Notes: generated by a model not told the origin, from the letters alone. A stretch of DNA of 63,793 nucleotides, filler included, from Octopus bimaculoides (GCF_001194135.2; 7 parts of 4 records of this genome joined end to end with filler, not necessarily neighbours in it); one strand, 5' to 3'; counted from the whole stretch's first letter, positions 25,222 to 38,303 are shown. A program made the numbers and translations.

Positions 25222-25609
25222 GGAGGCGCAATGGTCCAGTGGCTAGGGCAGTGGACTCGCGGTCATAGGATCACGGTTTCGATTCACAGACCGGGCGTTG
25301 TGAGTGTTTATTGAGCGAAAACACCTAAAGTGCCACGAGGCTCCGGTAGAGGATGGTGGTGAACCCTGCTGTACTCTTTCACCACAACTTTCTCTCACTC
25401 TTACTTCCTCTTTCTGTTGTGCCTGTAATTCAAAGGGTCAGCCTTACCACACTGTGTCACGCTGAATATCCCCGAGAACTACGTTAAGGGTACACGTGTC
25501 TGTGGAGTGCTCAGCCACTTGCACGTTAATTTCACGAGCAGGCTGTTCCGTTGATCGGATCAACTGGAACCCTCGACGTCGTAAGCGACGGAGTGCCAAC
25601 AACAACAAC
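25222..25609 (+). mobile_element. SINE family A with 10-bp TSD
   Basis: ACACACCCTT at 25212-25221 and 25610-25619 flanks a full copy. Confidence 0.9.
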
Positions 25610-25832
25610 ACACACCCTTACGCGATTACAGCTTCCAGTTTGAGTGACCGACGCAATGAGTCACGAAATCACCGTAACAGTTATTGAGCGTAATAAGTTT
25701 GTTCTTTCCAGTTGGTGACTGGATGTTGTACACCTAAGGTTTATACAGGATGCTGTCGGTAGTAAGTAGGTATATCGAAAAACAGGACACCAAGATTGAG
25801 TACATTGAAGTTTCTTCAATGTACTTATACCA

Positions 25833-26285
25833 TCCTTGAGGGGGCGATCTGGTAGAATGGTTTAGCACACCGGGCAAGATGCTTAGCAGAATTTCGTCTG
25901 TCTTACATTCTGAGTTCAAATTCCGGCGAAGTCGACTTTACATTTCTTCCTTTCGGGGTCGATAAATTAAGTACCAGTTGCATACTGGGGTCGATGTAAT
26001 TGACTTACCACCCTCCCTGAAATTGATGGCTTTGTGCCAAAATTTGAAATCAATATTCATAACATCCTTGAGGCGACGAGCTGGTGGAATCGTTAGCACG
26101 CCGTGCAAGCTGCTTAACGGTATTTCGTACGTCTTAGCGTTCTGAGTTCAAATTCCGCCTAGGTGGACTTTGCCTTTCATCTTTTCATCGATAAAAATAA
26201 GTACCAGTTGAGCACTGAGGGTCGATATTATCGACTTGCCCTCCTCCACTCAAAAACTGCTGACCCTATACGAAAATTAGAAACC
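25833..26285 (+). mobile_element. Two tandem SINE family B copies
   Basis: Two consecutive B copies (about 25833-26050 and 26063-26285), each starting CATCCTTGAGG. Confidence 0.8.
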
Positions 26286-26324
26286 GTTATTTGTCATCCT
26301 ATTTTACGTTTTTAATCATCAGCA

Positions 26325-26390
<66 letters not shown>

Positions 26391-27299
26391 GTGATTATGA
26401 TCATCACAATCACGATAAAAACAACAAATTAAGAGCGAGTGCACTTGTATATATATACACACACACGCACGCACATGTATATACATACATATNNNNNNNN
26501 NNNNNNNNNNNNNNNNNNNNNNNNNNNNNNNNNNNNNNNNNNNNNNNNNNNNNNNNNNNNNNNNNNNNNNNNNNNNNNNNNNNNNNNNNNNNNNNNNNNN
26601 NNNNNNNNNNNNNNNNNNNNNNNNNNNNNNNNNNNNNNNNNNNNNNNNNNNNNNNNNNNNNNNNNNNNNNNNNNNNNNNNNNNNNNNNNNNNNNNNNNNN
26701 NNNNNNNNNNNNNNNNNNNNNNNNNNNNNNNNNNNNNNNNNNNNNNNNNNNNNNNNNNNNNNNNNNNNNNNNNNNNNNNNNNNNNNNNNNNNNNNNNNNN
26801 NNNNNNNNNNNNNNNNNNNNNNNNNNNNNNNNNNNNNNNNNNNNNNNNNNNNNNNNNNNNNNNNNNNNNNNNNNNNNNNNNNNNNNNNNNNNNNNNNNNN
26901 NNNNNNNNNNNNNNNNNNNNNNNNNNNNNNNNNNNNNNNNNNNNNNNNNNNNNNNNNNNNNNNNNNNNNNNNNNNNNNNNNNNNNNNNNNNNNNNNNNNN
27001 NNNNNNNNNNNNNNNNNNNNNNNNNNNNNNNNNNNNNNNNNNNNNNNNNATATATACATGTATATAATAAATGAGAGAAACTGAAAACGAAATTCACATA
27101 TATATCTGTTCATATATGTGTATGTGTATGTTTGTATGTGTGTGTGCGCGTGTGTGCATGTGAGAGTGTTTATGTGTTTGTATGTATCATGATGCAAACT
27201 GAGATCTGTATACATCATTATTCTTCATTGAATAACAGTCATATTTTTAAAGTCAAGGATTAGTAATTGATAGCATAATTCACATCATTGTCTTATGAC

Positions 27300-27360
<61 letters not shown>

Positions 27361-27511
27361 NNNNNNNNNNNNNNNNNNNNNNNNNNNNNNNNNNNNNNNN
27401 NNNNNNNNNNNNNNNNNNNNNNNNNNNNNNNNNNNNNNNNNNNNNNNNNNNNNNNNNNNNNNNNNNNNNNNNNNNNNNNNNNNNNNNNNNNNNNNNNNNN
27501 NNNNNNNNNNN

Positions 27512-27561
<50 letters not shown>

Positions 27562-28859
27562 AATCTTTTTCTCTCTCTACCATTCAGTCTGTTTCTTGCT
27601 TTTCGTCTTCGTCTTTCTCTTTTTTCCTTAATCATATCTGCTATGTGCTTTATCTAATATGTGCGTTGTTTGTCGTTTGTCTCTGCACGTGTGTATGTAT
27701 GTGTTTTATTTTATGTATGTGTGTGTGTGTTATTTATATACATATATACACACATACATACATATACATATACCTACACGCACGCACACACACATACATA
27801 TATATGTATGCATGTATGTATGTATGTATGTATGTGTGTGTGTATGTATGTATGTATGTAGGTATGTATGTATGTATGTATGTATGTATGTGTATATGCG
27901 TGGGTTGGCGTATGTATGTGTTTCTAGCGGATATGTGTCCATAAAATTATAAAAACACACCTCGCCATTATCGTCACTCTATATATACATATTTATGTGT
28001 ATATGTGCGTGTATGTTTGTCTGTGTATGTGTGTGTGTGTATTTGAAGTGATATAGACGTACGTATGAAGTCTGTCTATACGCACACACACACACCATAA
28101 ATACAGTTACCATACACGTGCCTGTATCGCATACATTCACAACACATAAACAGTCTCGTGTGTGTACACCACACGCATCCAAACACACACACACACACAC
28201 ACATACGCACACACACGCACGCACACACGCATGCACGCACGCGCAGAAACAGTCACAAGCTCACCTCACATGGCAGCAGACACACAATCACACGATGACC
28301 ACTCACTTTACATTCTCTTCGCAATTTGCCATAATGTAGTATTTTGACACAGCAATATCAATTTACATTATTCGTTGGCGACGTTGCCTTTGTGTCAACT
28401 TCAGACCACCATATTTGTCTTATGGAGCTGTCTCGAAAACAAAGCAAGCGCCAAAGAGTCAGGCCTCTAAATGAGCGCTCAACCTGCTTGAAATACCAAC
28501 CAAATCTTTATAAAATCTCATCCTACCTCCTTAAAGAAGTCATTGAATAATTTTATTGATATTTCATATACAAAATGATACAATGGTTATGTGAATAATA
28601 CTTTTTGTTTGGTGTTAACGACAATGATAGAGTTTCTTTATTATCGACCTACCTGCGAGAAATAGTAGCTATATATCCCTTAAGTCCTATTTGTAGTGTC
28701 GTAAATGACGAAAGAACTAATTAGAAAATATAGTAGTTTCTGTGAAGGACACTTTGAATAATGGATTCCTAGATAACCGGTGGGATAGGTAAAAAAAATA
28801 GGCGGTATGGTCATCGTTGGATTGTGTTGTTGTTTTTTTTTTTTAGTAAAATAGAACAG

Positions 28860-29423
28860 GGACAACAGCAGCCGTTACCAAAGTATCCAAAACAATGTCG
28901 ATGTTGTCAGAACAACAGAAACAACGGCAGCAGTAGCAGCAGCGGAGACAGACAACAGCAGCAGCAGCTACGGATGCAGTAACAACACCACCAACAGCAA
29001 CAACAGTAGCAGCAGCTGCAACAAGGACAAAAACAATAAGTGCAACAGCAGCTGCAGTAACAACAGGAAAACAGGAACAGCAACAACAACACAAGCAACA
29101 ATAACAACAGCAGCAGCAACAACAACAGCAACGGGAAAACAGCAGCAACATCAGCAGCATCAACAACAGCAGCAACAACAGCAACAGCAGCAGCACCACC
29201 AGCAGCAGCAACAGCAGCAACAACAACAGCAACAGGAAAACAGCAGCAACATCAGCAGCAGCAACAACAGCAGCAACAAGAAAACAGCAACAGGAAAACA
29301 GCAGCAACAACAACAGCAGCAACAACAGCAGCAGAGACAATAACAACAACAGCAACCGCACCAACGATAGCAGCAACAACAATAACGGCAACAACACAAT
29401 GAGAACAATTACACAATTCGAGA

Positions 29424-29474
<51 letters not shown>

Positions 29475-29700
29475 AGACACACACACATTAAAAAAAATGT
29501 GAAAACAACCTCAATGTTATAATATAACAATAACAACGATATCGACGACAATAACAACAGTAATAATAATAATAATAATAATAATAATGATAATAATAAT
29601 AATAATAATAATAAAAGAAACAGTAACTTCAGTACGGGAACAACAAAAACTAACAACAATAATATAACAAAAACAGGACAAAAAAAGAAAAGAAAAGACA
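28860..29700. repeat. CAA/CAG degenerate tract plus (CA)n and (AAT)n
   Basis: Directly visible. Confidence 0.9.
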
Positions 29701-30166
29701 CGTAAAGGTATTCAGACTGAAATATTCACAAAAACAAAATGGCTTCTTTCAGTGGCTGGAAACTTTAAGAGGGAGACAACTAGAATACAATGCAGTGCAG
29801 TAGAAATATATAAATAATGAATTAAAAAACAACGAAAGGAAACAAAGGAAACAGTAAAAAAAAAAAGATAATAATAATAATAATCTTTTTTTTAAATAAT
29901 ATAAATCATCAACAACAATGAAATATTATAAATATATATTTTTTTCAATAAGATGAAAGAAATTTCAAGGAGAACGTAAGAACTTACTTTTTGTTATTTA
30001 TGTGAAATGTGAGATTATAAAAGTTACATACATATAATATACATAAACACACATACACATATATATATGTATGTATGTATAATATTATATAAATTAGGCC
30101 TATTTTTTAAATAAAAAATACTTGTTTTCTGGAATAGTTCCTTTTCTTTTTTATTTTTATTAAATA

Positions 30167-30381
30167 CTAGCAGAGGCACCCGGCGTTGCTCGGGAATGAA
30201 ATTGTTGCTTATATACTTGAAGAAAAAAATGCAAAATATGCTGTATAGAAATTTGAGGACATTCTGTAGATGGATTTTCAGATGAATGATGGCTGGGCGC
30301 CTCTCATGAATGGGGAAAATTGGAGATGTGCCAAAAAGCCTCATTGGTACTTGGAAACTTTTACGAAAATTAAAATGGGGA
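30167..30381 (-). mobile_element. Probable non-autonomous mini-Helitron (~215 bp)
   Basis: The minus strand ends CCCGAGCAACGCCGGG (hairpin, 30194-30179), an 8-nt spacer, then CTAG|T. A candidate A|TC start lies at 30382/30381, consistent with A^T insertion without TSD. The 5' boundary is less certain than the 3' one. Confidence 0.6.
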
Positions 30382-30384
30382 TCG

Positions 30385-30671
30385 TTGCCAGTGCCCCTGG
30401 ACTGGCTCTTGTGCGGGTGGCACATAAAATACACCATTTCGAGCGTGGCCGTTGCCAGTACCGCCTGACTGGCCTTCGTGCGGGTGACACGTAAAAGCAC
30501 CCACTACACTCTCTGAGTGGTTGGCGTTAGGAAGGGCATCCAGCTGTAGAAACTCTGCCAAATTAGATTGGAGCCTAGTGTTGCCATCCGGTTTCACCAG
30601 TCCTCAGTGAAATCGTCCAACCCATGCTAGCATGGAAAGCGGACGTTAAATGATGATGATGATGATGATGA
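30385..30671 (+). mobile_element. RTE-like LINE 3' UTR fragment with (GAT)n tail
   Basis: TTGGCGTTAGGAAGGGCATCCAGCTGTAGAA...CCAACCCATGCTAGCATGGAAAGCGGACGTTAAA followed by (TGA)n, with two tandem ~51-bp units upstream. Clade assignment is from recall. Confidence 0.55.
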
Positions 30672-31082
30672 TTAAATGAAAAAAATGATTTACNNNNNNN
30701 NNNNNNNNNNNNNNNNNNNNNNNNNNNNNNNNNNNNNNNNNNNNNNNNNNNNNNNNNNNNNNNNNNNNNNNNNNNNNNNNNNNNNNNNNNNNNNNNNNNN
30801 NNNNNNNNNNNNNNNNNNNNNNNNNNNNNNNNNNNNNNNNNNNNNNNNNNNNNNNNNNNNNNNNNNNNNNNNNNNNNNNNNNNNNNNNNNNNNNNNNNNN
30901 NNNNNNNNNNNNNNNNNNNNNNNNNNNNNNNNNNNNNNNNNNNNNNNNNNNNNNNNNNNNNNNNNNNNNNNNNNNNNNNNNNNNNNNNNNNNNNNNNNNN
31001 NNNNNNNNNNNNNNNNNNNNNNNNNNNNNNNNNNNNNNNNNNNNNNNNNNNNNNNNNNNNNNNNNNNNNNNNNNNNNNNNNN

Positions 31083-31120
<38 letters not shown>

Positions 31121-31174
31121 CACACGAACACACACACGAACACACAAAATAGAAAGTGAAGCTTTTTGCGGTTG

Positions 31175-31193
31175 TTACGTCAATACCGGAAGT
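31175..31193. promoter_or_regulatory. CRE-like plus ETS motif pair
   Basis: TTACGTCA 31175-31182 and ACCGGAAGT 31185-31193. Confidence 0.3.
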
Positions 31194-31770
31194 TGACATT
31201 GAGGAACCTTTTTAAAGAAGTGAATCTTAAATAGAAAGCAATATTATTTATTTTTAATTAAAAAAATCAAATGAAGAGCCTAAGATTTATCCGAGGTCAA
31301 ATTATTCATGCATTACAAGTATGGAAGCATTTGGTGAAGTCGATTTCACGTGAAAAGCGATTACACACACATCTCTGTTTTATATATAGTATAGATGTAT
31401 TGTTTCTTTCTATCGTGGTTTGCTATTGTTTTGTTCTCTTTCTGGAGGTGAATAAAACTGAAAGATTTTCCAGTTGTGAGAGAGTTAAACACAAGCAAGT
31501 GTAATATAGATGTATTTGAAACTATGGAGGTATGTACGTATGCATGCATGCTTATACGTATGTATGTATGTATGAATAGGTGGCTGGATGGATGGACGGA
31601 TGGATGGATGGATATGTGTGTGCATGTGTGCATGTGTGCTCGCATGCGCGTATATATGTATAAATGAGTGTGTTTATATAATTGCTATCGTCATTATCAT
31701 ATTATTGTTATTACCGTTATTGTTCTTGTTACTACTCCTACTACCACCACCACCACTACTCCTACTACTA

Positions 31771-31832
<62 letters not shown>

Positions 31833-32215
31833 ACTACTAACCACTGTCATTTCAAGATCCCATATATACATATCTACATATTCACAAGCGTGAATATGTA
31901 TATGTATGCGTGAGTTTTTGTGTACATATATGCGTATGTGTGTGTATGTATGTATGTATGTGTATATATATATAATATTAGGGACAAAATCCAAAATTAC
32001 AGGTAAAAAACTCAATTAAAATCAATTTATAAAAAATTAAAATTAAATTGAGCCTTATAGATAAAGTATATATAAAATATATAGTTTTAGGGAAAATAAC
32101 CAATTTTCAAGAACTCATCGATGAAAATCCACTATCACATATAGAAAAATTAATAATTAAAAGCACAATAAATGAGTATAATATAAAGTAAAGTAAATAT
32201 CATAAGATAAATATA

Positions 32216-32258
<43 letters not shown>

Positions 32259-32430
32259 TACATACATACATACATGTTTATTAATATTTGTTTTTATGAT
32301 ATAATAAAGGCAAATATACATTAAACTGAAGGACTACTCATCATCAGACCGACGATGTCTTAGCTAGCCGAAACTTCGAAGTTACTGTCAGTGCTATCCC
32401 TGTAAAAAATAATGTATACATACATGTACT

Positions 32431-32464
<34 letters not shown>

Positions 32465-32555
32465 GCTTAGAAATAGCAGTCAAATCTGATATATATATAT
32501 ATATACACATACACGCAAATATATGGATATATATGAGTATATATATATTCGTGTG

Positions 32556-32599
<44 letters not shown>

Positions 32600-32819
32600 T
32601 GTTATGCTTAGAAGCGATTCACTTAACCACAACTTTTTGATTTCAGTCCAGTTGAAGCAACCACTCCAAATCCTTGTTAGAATATCCGTGTAAACGAAGT
32701 CATGGATTGGTGTTGTATAACATATTCTGATGAAATCAAACGAAATATCAATATTTTGAATGCATTTATTACACGCGTTTCAGACAATTATGCAGGAGAT
32801 AGAAATAATTCATTTCATC

Positions 32820-32869
32820 TTCTTCAGTTAAGACATATCAAAATATTTTGATACGTCTTAACTGAAGAA
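32820..32869. repeat. 50-bp near-perfect palindrome
   Basis: TTCTTCAGTTAAGAC-A-TATCAAAATATTTTGATA-C-GTCTTAACTGAAGAA, one mismatched pair. Confidence 0.95.
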
Positions 32870-32915
32870 AGTGATACGTAAGAGATGGTCTTATTATTTT
32901 TTTTTTTTTTTGCCG

Positions 32916-33201
32916 AATAAACACAGGCACTATATGTTTGTTCTTCACTCCTTTATTACTATTCTTATTCTAACTCATGTCCATCGTCTGCAAATCTTTC
33001 GTCACACATCTGTGGCCTCTTCAGCGACAATTTTGTAGAAGATCAGAATGAAATAAGTGGACCAAGAGCACACACGAAGACGAAAAGTGTCGCTGAAGAG
33101 GTCACGGATATGTGACGAAAGATTTCCGAAGAATGGACAAGAGTTAGAAGTAGAACAGTAATAAACGGATGAAGAACAAATATATAGTGCGTGTGTTTAT
33201 T
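32916..33201. repeat. Long inverted repeat (arms 32916-33034 and 33083-33201, 48-bp spacer) carrying hammerhead-like motifs
   Basis: The reverse complement of the right arm aligns along the whole left arm with scattered mismatches. Confidence 0.9.
33090..33129 (+). ncRNA. Minimal type I hammerhead-ribozyme-like motif
   Basis: UCG-CUGAAGA-G-GUCAC-GGAUAU-GUGAC-GAAA-GAUUUC|CGA: 3-bp stem I, intact core, 5-bp stem II, minimal stem III and a UUC triplet. Activity is not demonstrated. Confidence 0.5.
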
Positions 33202-33355
33202 TGACAAAAAAATTACCATCCCGANNNNNNNNNNNNNNNNNNNNNNNNNNNNNNNNNNNNNNNNNNNNNNNNNNNNNNNNNNNNNNNNNNNNNNNNNNNN
33301 NNNNNNNNNNNNNNNNNNNNNNNNNNNNNNNNNNNNNNNNNNNNNNNNNCCCGAA

Positions 33356-33396
<41 letters not shown>

Positions 33397-33580
33397 TTTT
33401 ATTCTTTTAATTGTTTCAGTCATTTGACTGAGGCCATGCTGGAGCACCACCTTTATTCGGGCAAATCGACCCCAGGATTATTCTGTGTAACCGTAGTATT
33501 TATTGTATCGGTCTCTTTTGCCGAACCGATAAGTTACGGGGACGTAAGCACACCAGAATGGGTTGTCAAGACATGGGGGA

Positions 33581-33621
<41 letters not shown>

Positions 33622-33879
33622 TCTCCCCCTCTCATTCTTCCCTCTACTGTTCTTCGCCTCTACCTGTCACTACTTCTCTCTCTCTCTCTCTTGTTACTCG
33701 TCCTTCACCTCTCACCGTTACTACTACTATCTATCTCTTTCTCTCTCTACCTCTCGTTGCTCACTTTTATTCTACTTCCTCCCCTCCTTTTCCCTCTGCT
33801 ACTCTTTCTCTTCACACAGCCTTGGTCATGTGTGTCCGGCTGCTATTTCTTTTCGTTCTTGGACTCACCAAGCTCGCAC

Positions 33880-34118
33880 GTACTTCTTTGCCCCTCCTGT
33901 CCGTGCTTCACAGCGTTCAATACATACACACTTCGCGTCTGGCTGTACAGCCTTTTTGTTTGTTTATTTCACCGTTTCGTTTTCCTGTCTTGTTTTCCGT
34001 CCGCCACTACCCTCCACGAAAACAATTTAATTTGTGTTCGTGGGAAGAACCATTTTAACGATGCGTACTGCCTTGATTCTTTGAAACACCGGAGTTTTAA
34101 TGGTGGCAGCTGATGAAG
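33880..34118. repeat. Unclassified dispersed repeat, copy 1
   Basis: About 235 bp matching the reverse complement of 38069-38303. Confidence 0.85.
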
Positions 34119-34309
34119 GGGATGTTTCTATGTGGCCTGCTTATTTGCTGCACCTTGTTTACCATTTTGTCCTTGTTCTTTTGCCACGTCATGTACCCAG
34201 TTATGTATCTATATGTACATGTAGATGAACGTATATACATACATGTACATATATATGCATATACTCGTATATTGTTTATATATATATATATATATATGCG
34301 ACGAGCTTC

Positions 34310-34520
34310 TTTCAGTTTCAAATTTTGGCACAAGGCCGGCAATTTGGGGTAGGGGTAAGTCGATTATATCGCCGCCAGTGCTCAAATGGTAATTACTTTA
34401 TTGGCCCGAAAAGATGAATAAGAAATTTGACCTCGGCGGAATTTGAACTCAGAACGTATAGACGAACGAAATGTCACCAAGCATTTTGCCTGGCGAGTTA
34501 ACGCTTCTGCCAGCTCGCAA
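34310..34520 (-). mobile_element. SINE family B
   Basis: Reverse complement of the B head, core and tail. Confidence 0.75.
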
Positions 34521-34791
34521 GCCTTCCTGGATTCCAAGCATTAGAGTACATACACTGATATAACGGTTACATAGAAATACATACACACATACAATTATAC
34601 ACAGACACAGGAATATATACATAAATACACGCACAAACACACACGCGTGCTTGTGCATAAAAAGAGAGTTAAGCTGGTGGTAGAAGTAAAATAGTATGGT
34701 AGTGTGAGAGAGGGGAAACATGACGGTCAAATTTGTGAGTCAGTTGGTATGTCGAAATATCAATCCCCATTAATTGGCTCCTCTTCCATTT

Positions 34792-34894
<103 letters not shown>

Positions 34895-35614
34895 TAATAC
34901 ATATTAAACGTTTCTTTATAATCACAATTCTACCAGTGTGCAATTGACAATCTTCGTTAAAGTACGACACCGTAAACTGTAAATTTATATAATGTTTAGT
35001 AAAATCACTTGTGTGCATGTACGTATCTACACACACACATAGACACACACTCAGACACATACACACACATACACACACACACACACGTTTGTGTGTGTCC
35101 ATATGTATATATGCATCCATGTATATATGACATTCTTGTAGTCCGAAAGAACGAATAAAGTAAGGCAGTGATATAGGCTTTAATGAATGATTGTGTGTAT
35201 ATACATGCGTATGAGTGTGTGAGCGCGTGTATGCATGTGTGTATGCATATATATATATATCTATATATATGTGTGTGTGCATGTATGTATTATTTATGTA
35301 TGTATATATATATATATATATATATNNNNNNNNNNNNNNNNNNNNNNNNNNNNNNNNNNNNNNNNNNNNNNNNNNNNNNNNNNNNNNNNNNNNNNNNNNN
35401 NNNNNNNNNNNNNNNNNNNNNNNNNNNNNNNNNNNNNNNNNNNNNNNNNNNNNNNNNNNNNNNNNNNNNNNNNNNNNNNNNNNNNNNNNNNNNNNNNNNN
35501 NNNNNNNNNNNNNNNNNNNNNNNNNNNNNNNNNNNNNNNNNNNNNNNNNNNNNNNNNNNNNNNNNNNNNNNNNNNNNNNNNNNNNNNNNNNNNNNNNNNN
35601 NNNNNNNNNNNNNN

Positions 35615-35648
<34 letters not shown>

Positions 35649-36463
35649 CATATAGGAAACTACTGACTCGTACGAACATAGGAACAAATATATTATACAT
35701 ACCGAGACAAACTATAAATACAGCCCGAGTACGCATATACGTACACACACAAAAAAACGTACGAACACATGCACTCACACACTGACACTCTCACACATAC
35801 AGATACACAGAGAGAGAGAGAGAGACACACACACACACAGTTTTATCGTCTACTAGTCGGCTGATCTTTTAGATATCATACTGCCTGCACAATATTCCCT
35901 TGTGCGGCAAAACTACATCCAACTTAAAGACATTTTATCGATGTTGTTTGCTCGCTTTATTTGCTTTTAATGACTATCTAATGGCTCCTACTTATTTTTA
36001 GCACTTTGCTACAATTCGACTAGTGCAGTTTCTACCCATCAGAAGACAGTGGGTGGTGTGACTGGAAACTGGATGCTTGAAGGCTGACGGAACGAGCGGG
36101 GTCAGAAATTGGTCGACGAAACACCCTGAGATGAAGCGAAATATATTATAGCTGTATGTGTGTGCATATATAATTTTGCACGTGTAATCGATTGTATGCT
36201 TATGTGTAGCAAATATATGCATATATATCATATCCATGTGTGTATAGTTTATACATATAAAAATATAGAGATTTTATATATATATATATATNNNNNNNNN
36301 NNNNNNNNNNNNNNNNNNNNNNNNNNNNNNNNNNNTTAATTAATTAANNNNNNNNNNNNNNNNNNNNNNNNNNNNNNNNNNNNNNNNNNNNTGTGTGTAA
36401 ATATGTATAGAATATAAACGTATATGTGTATATATATGTATATGTACATATATACATATACGA

Positions 36464-36511
<48 letters not shown>

Positions 36512-37015
36512 TTGAAATACTTCTGCATCTATGTGGAAAGAGGATGGAAAGTGATGGCCTTTTGTGGATAATTTCTATGATGCAGCAATTAAGTCCACTT
36601 GTCCAGAAACTTCTAAATATCTATAAGCGAAAATCAAAAAACAAAACCGTCTTAAGGGGAAACTAGAAAGGAGCGTCAATTCCATCATTGTTAAAAGCGA
36701 TTATAGATTTCTCTACTTCGTATCACAAAGCCTCTGGGATATTCACAAAAACAGCAAATGTCTCATGAGTCAGCCAGTGTTTTACACTAAAATATACTGT
36801 GTAGGAAGTCTTTATGTATACCTCCTCCTTATGTATGTTGACGTTGAGTACTGATGTGTACTGATGTGGACTGGTGTGGACTGGTTTGGACTGGTGTGAA
36901 CGTGCAACGTATAATTCAGAAATATACCTACACATCTATATGTAAGTTTATATATATGCGTACATTGATAAGAATATACAAGTATAAATGATTTTATTTA
37001 TTTATTTATATATAT

Positions 37016-37046
<31 letters not shown>

Positions 37047-37655
37047 TATATATATATATGTGTGTATANNNNNNNNNNNNNNNNNNNNNNNNNNNNNNNN
37101 NNNNNNNNNNNNNNNNNNNNNNNNNNNNNNNNNNNNNNNNNNNNNNNNNNNNNNNNNNNNNNNNNNNNNNNNNNNNNNNNNNNNNNNNNNNNNNNNNNNN
37201 NNNNNNNNNNNNNNNNNNNNNNNNNNNNNNNNNNNNNNNNNNNNNNNNNNNNNNNNNNNNNNNNNNNNNNNNNNNNNNNNNNNNNNNNNNNNNNNNNNNN
37301 NNNNNNNNNNNNNNNNNNNNNNNNNNNNNNNNNNNNNNNNNNNNNNNNNNNNNNNNNNNNNNNNNNNNNNNNNNNNNNNNNNNNNNNNNNNNNNNNNNNN
37401 NNNNNNNNNNNNNNNNNNNNNNNNNNNNNNNNNNNNNNNNNNNNNNNNNNNNNNNNNNNNNNNNNNNNNNNNNNNNNNNNNNNNNNNNNNNNNNNNNNNN
37501 NNNNNNNNNNNNNNNNNNNNNNNNNNNNNNNNNNNNNNNNNNNNNNNNNNNNNNNNNNNNNNNNNNNNNNNNNNNNNNNNNNNNNNNNNNNNNNNNNNNN
37601 NNNNNNNNNNNNNNNNNNNNNNNNNNNNNNNNNNNNNNNNNNNNNNNNNNNNNNN

Positions 37656-37724
<69 letters not shown>

Positions 37725-38068
37725 GCATATATACATACATATATATATATATGTATATATATGTATATATATATACGCATATATATGTATAAATATATAT
37801 ATATATATGTATATATATGTATATATGCATATACATNNNNNNNNNNTATGTATATGCATATATACATACATACATACATACATACATACATACATACATA
37901 CACACATATACACAAACATTATATTTTACTTGTTTATATTTATTCATATATAAATCAATATATATTTATGTGTGCATGTGTTGTGTCGAGGCCCCCAGGC
38001 GAAGAAGTAGAATCTCCCAAGACATATAAACAGAGGTAGTCTAGCTGTTTTAGGTGTGTTAAGCAGCA

Positions 38069-38303
38069 CTTCATCAGCTGCCACCATTAAAACTCCGGCG
38101 TTTCGAAGAATTAAGTACGCATCGTTAAAATGGTTCTTCCCACGAACACAAATTAAATTGTTTTCGTGGAAGGTAGTGGCGGACGGAAAACAAGACAGGA
38201 AAACGAAACTGTGAAATAAACAAACAAAAAGGCTGTACAGCCAGTCGTGAAGTGTGTATGTCTTGAACGCTGTGAAGCACGTACAGGAGGGGCAAAGAAG
38301 TAC
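38069..38303. repeat. Unclassified dispersed repeat, copy 2 (inverted)
   Basis: Reverse complement of 33880-34118; runs into a gap. Confidence 0.85.

Noticed and set aside
33424-34113. 229-aa ORF with hydrophobic stretches
   Set aside because: It crosses a SINE tail, (CA)n, a pyrimidine tract and a dispersed repeat.
36510-36660. DNFY motif suggesting a piggyBac transposase
   Set aside because: The four-residue match is surrounded by stops and has no other piggyBac motifs or TTAA-bounded TIRs.
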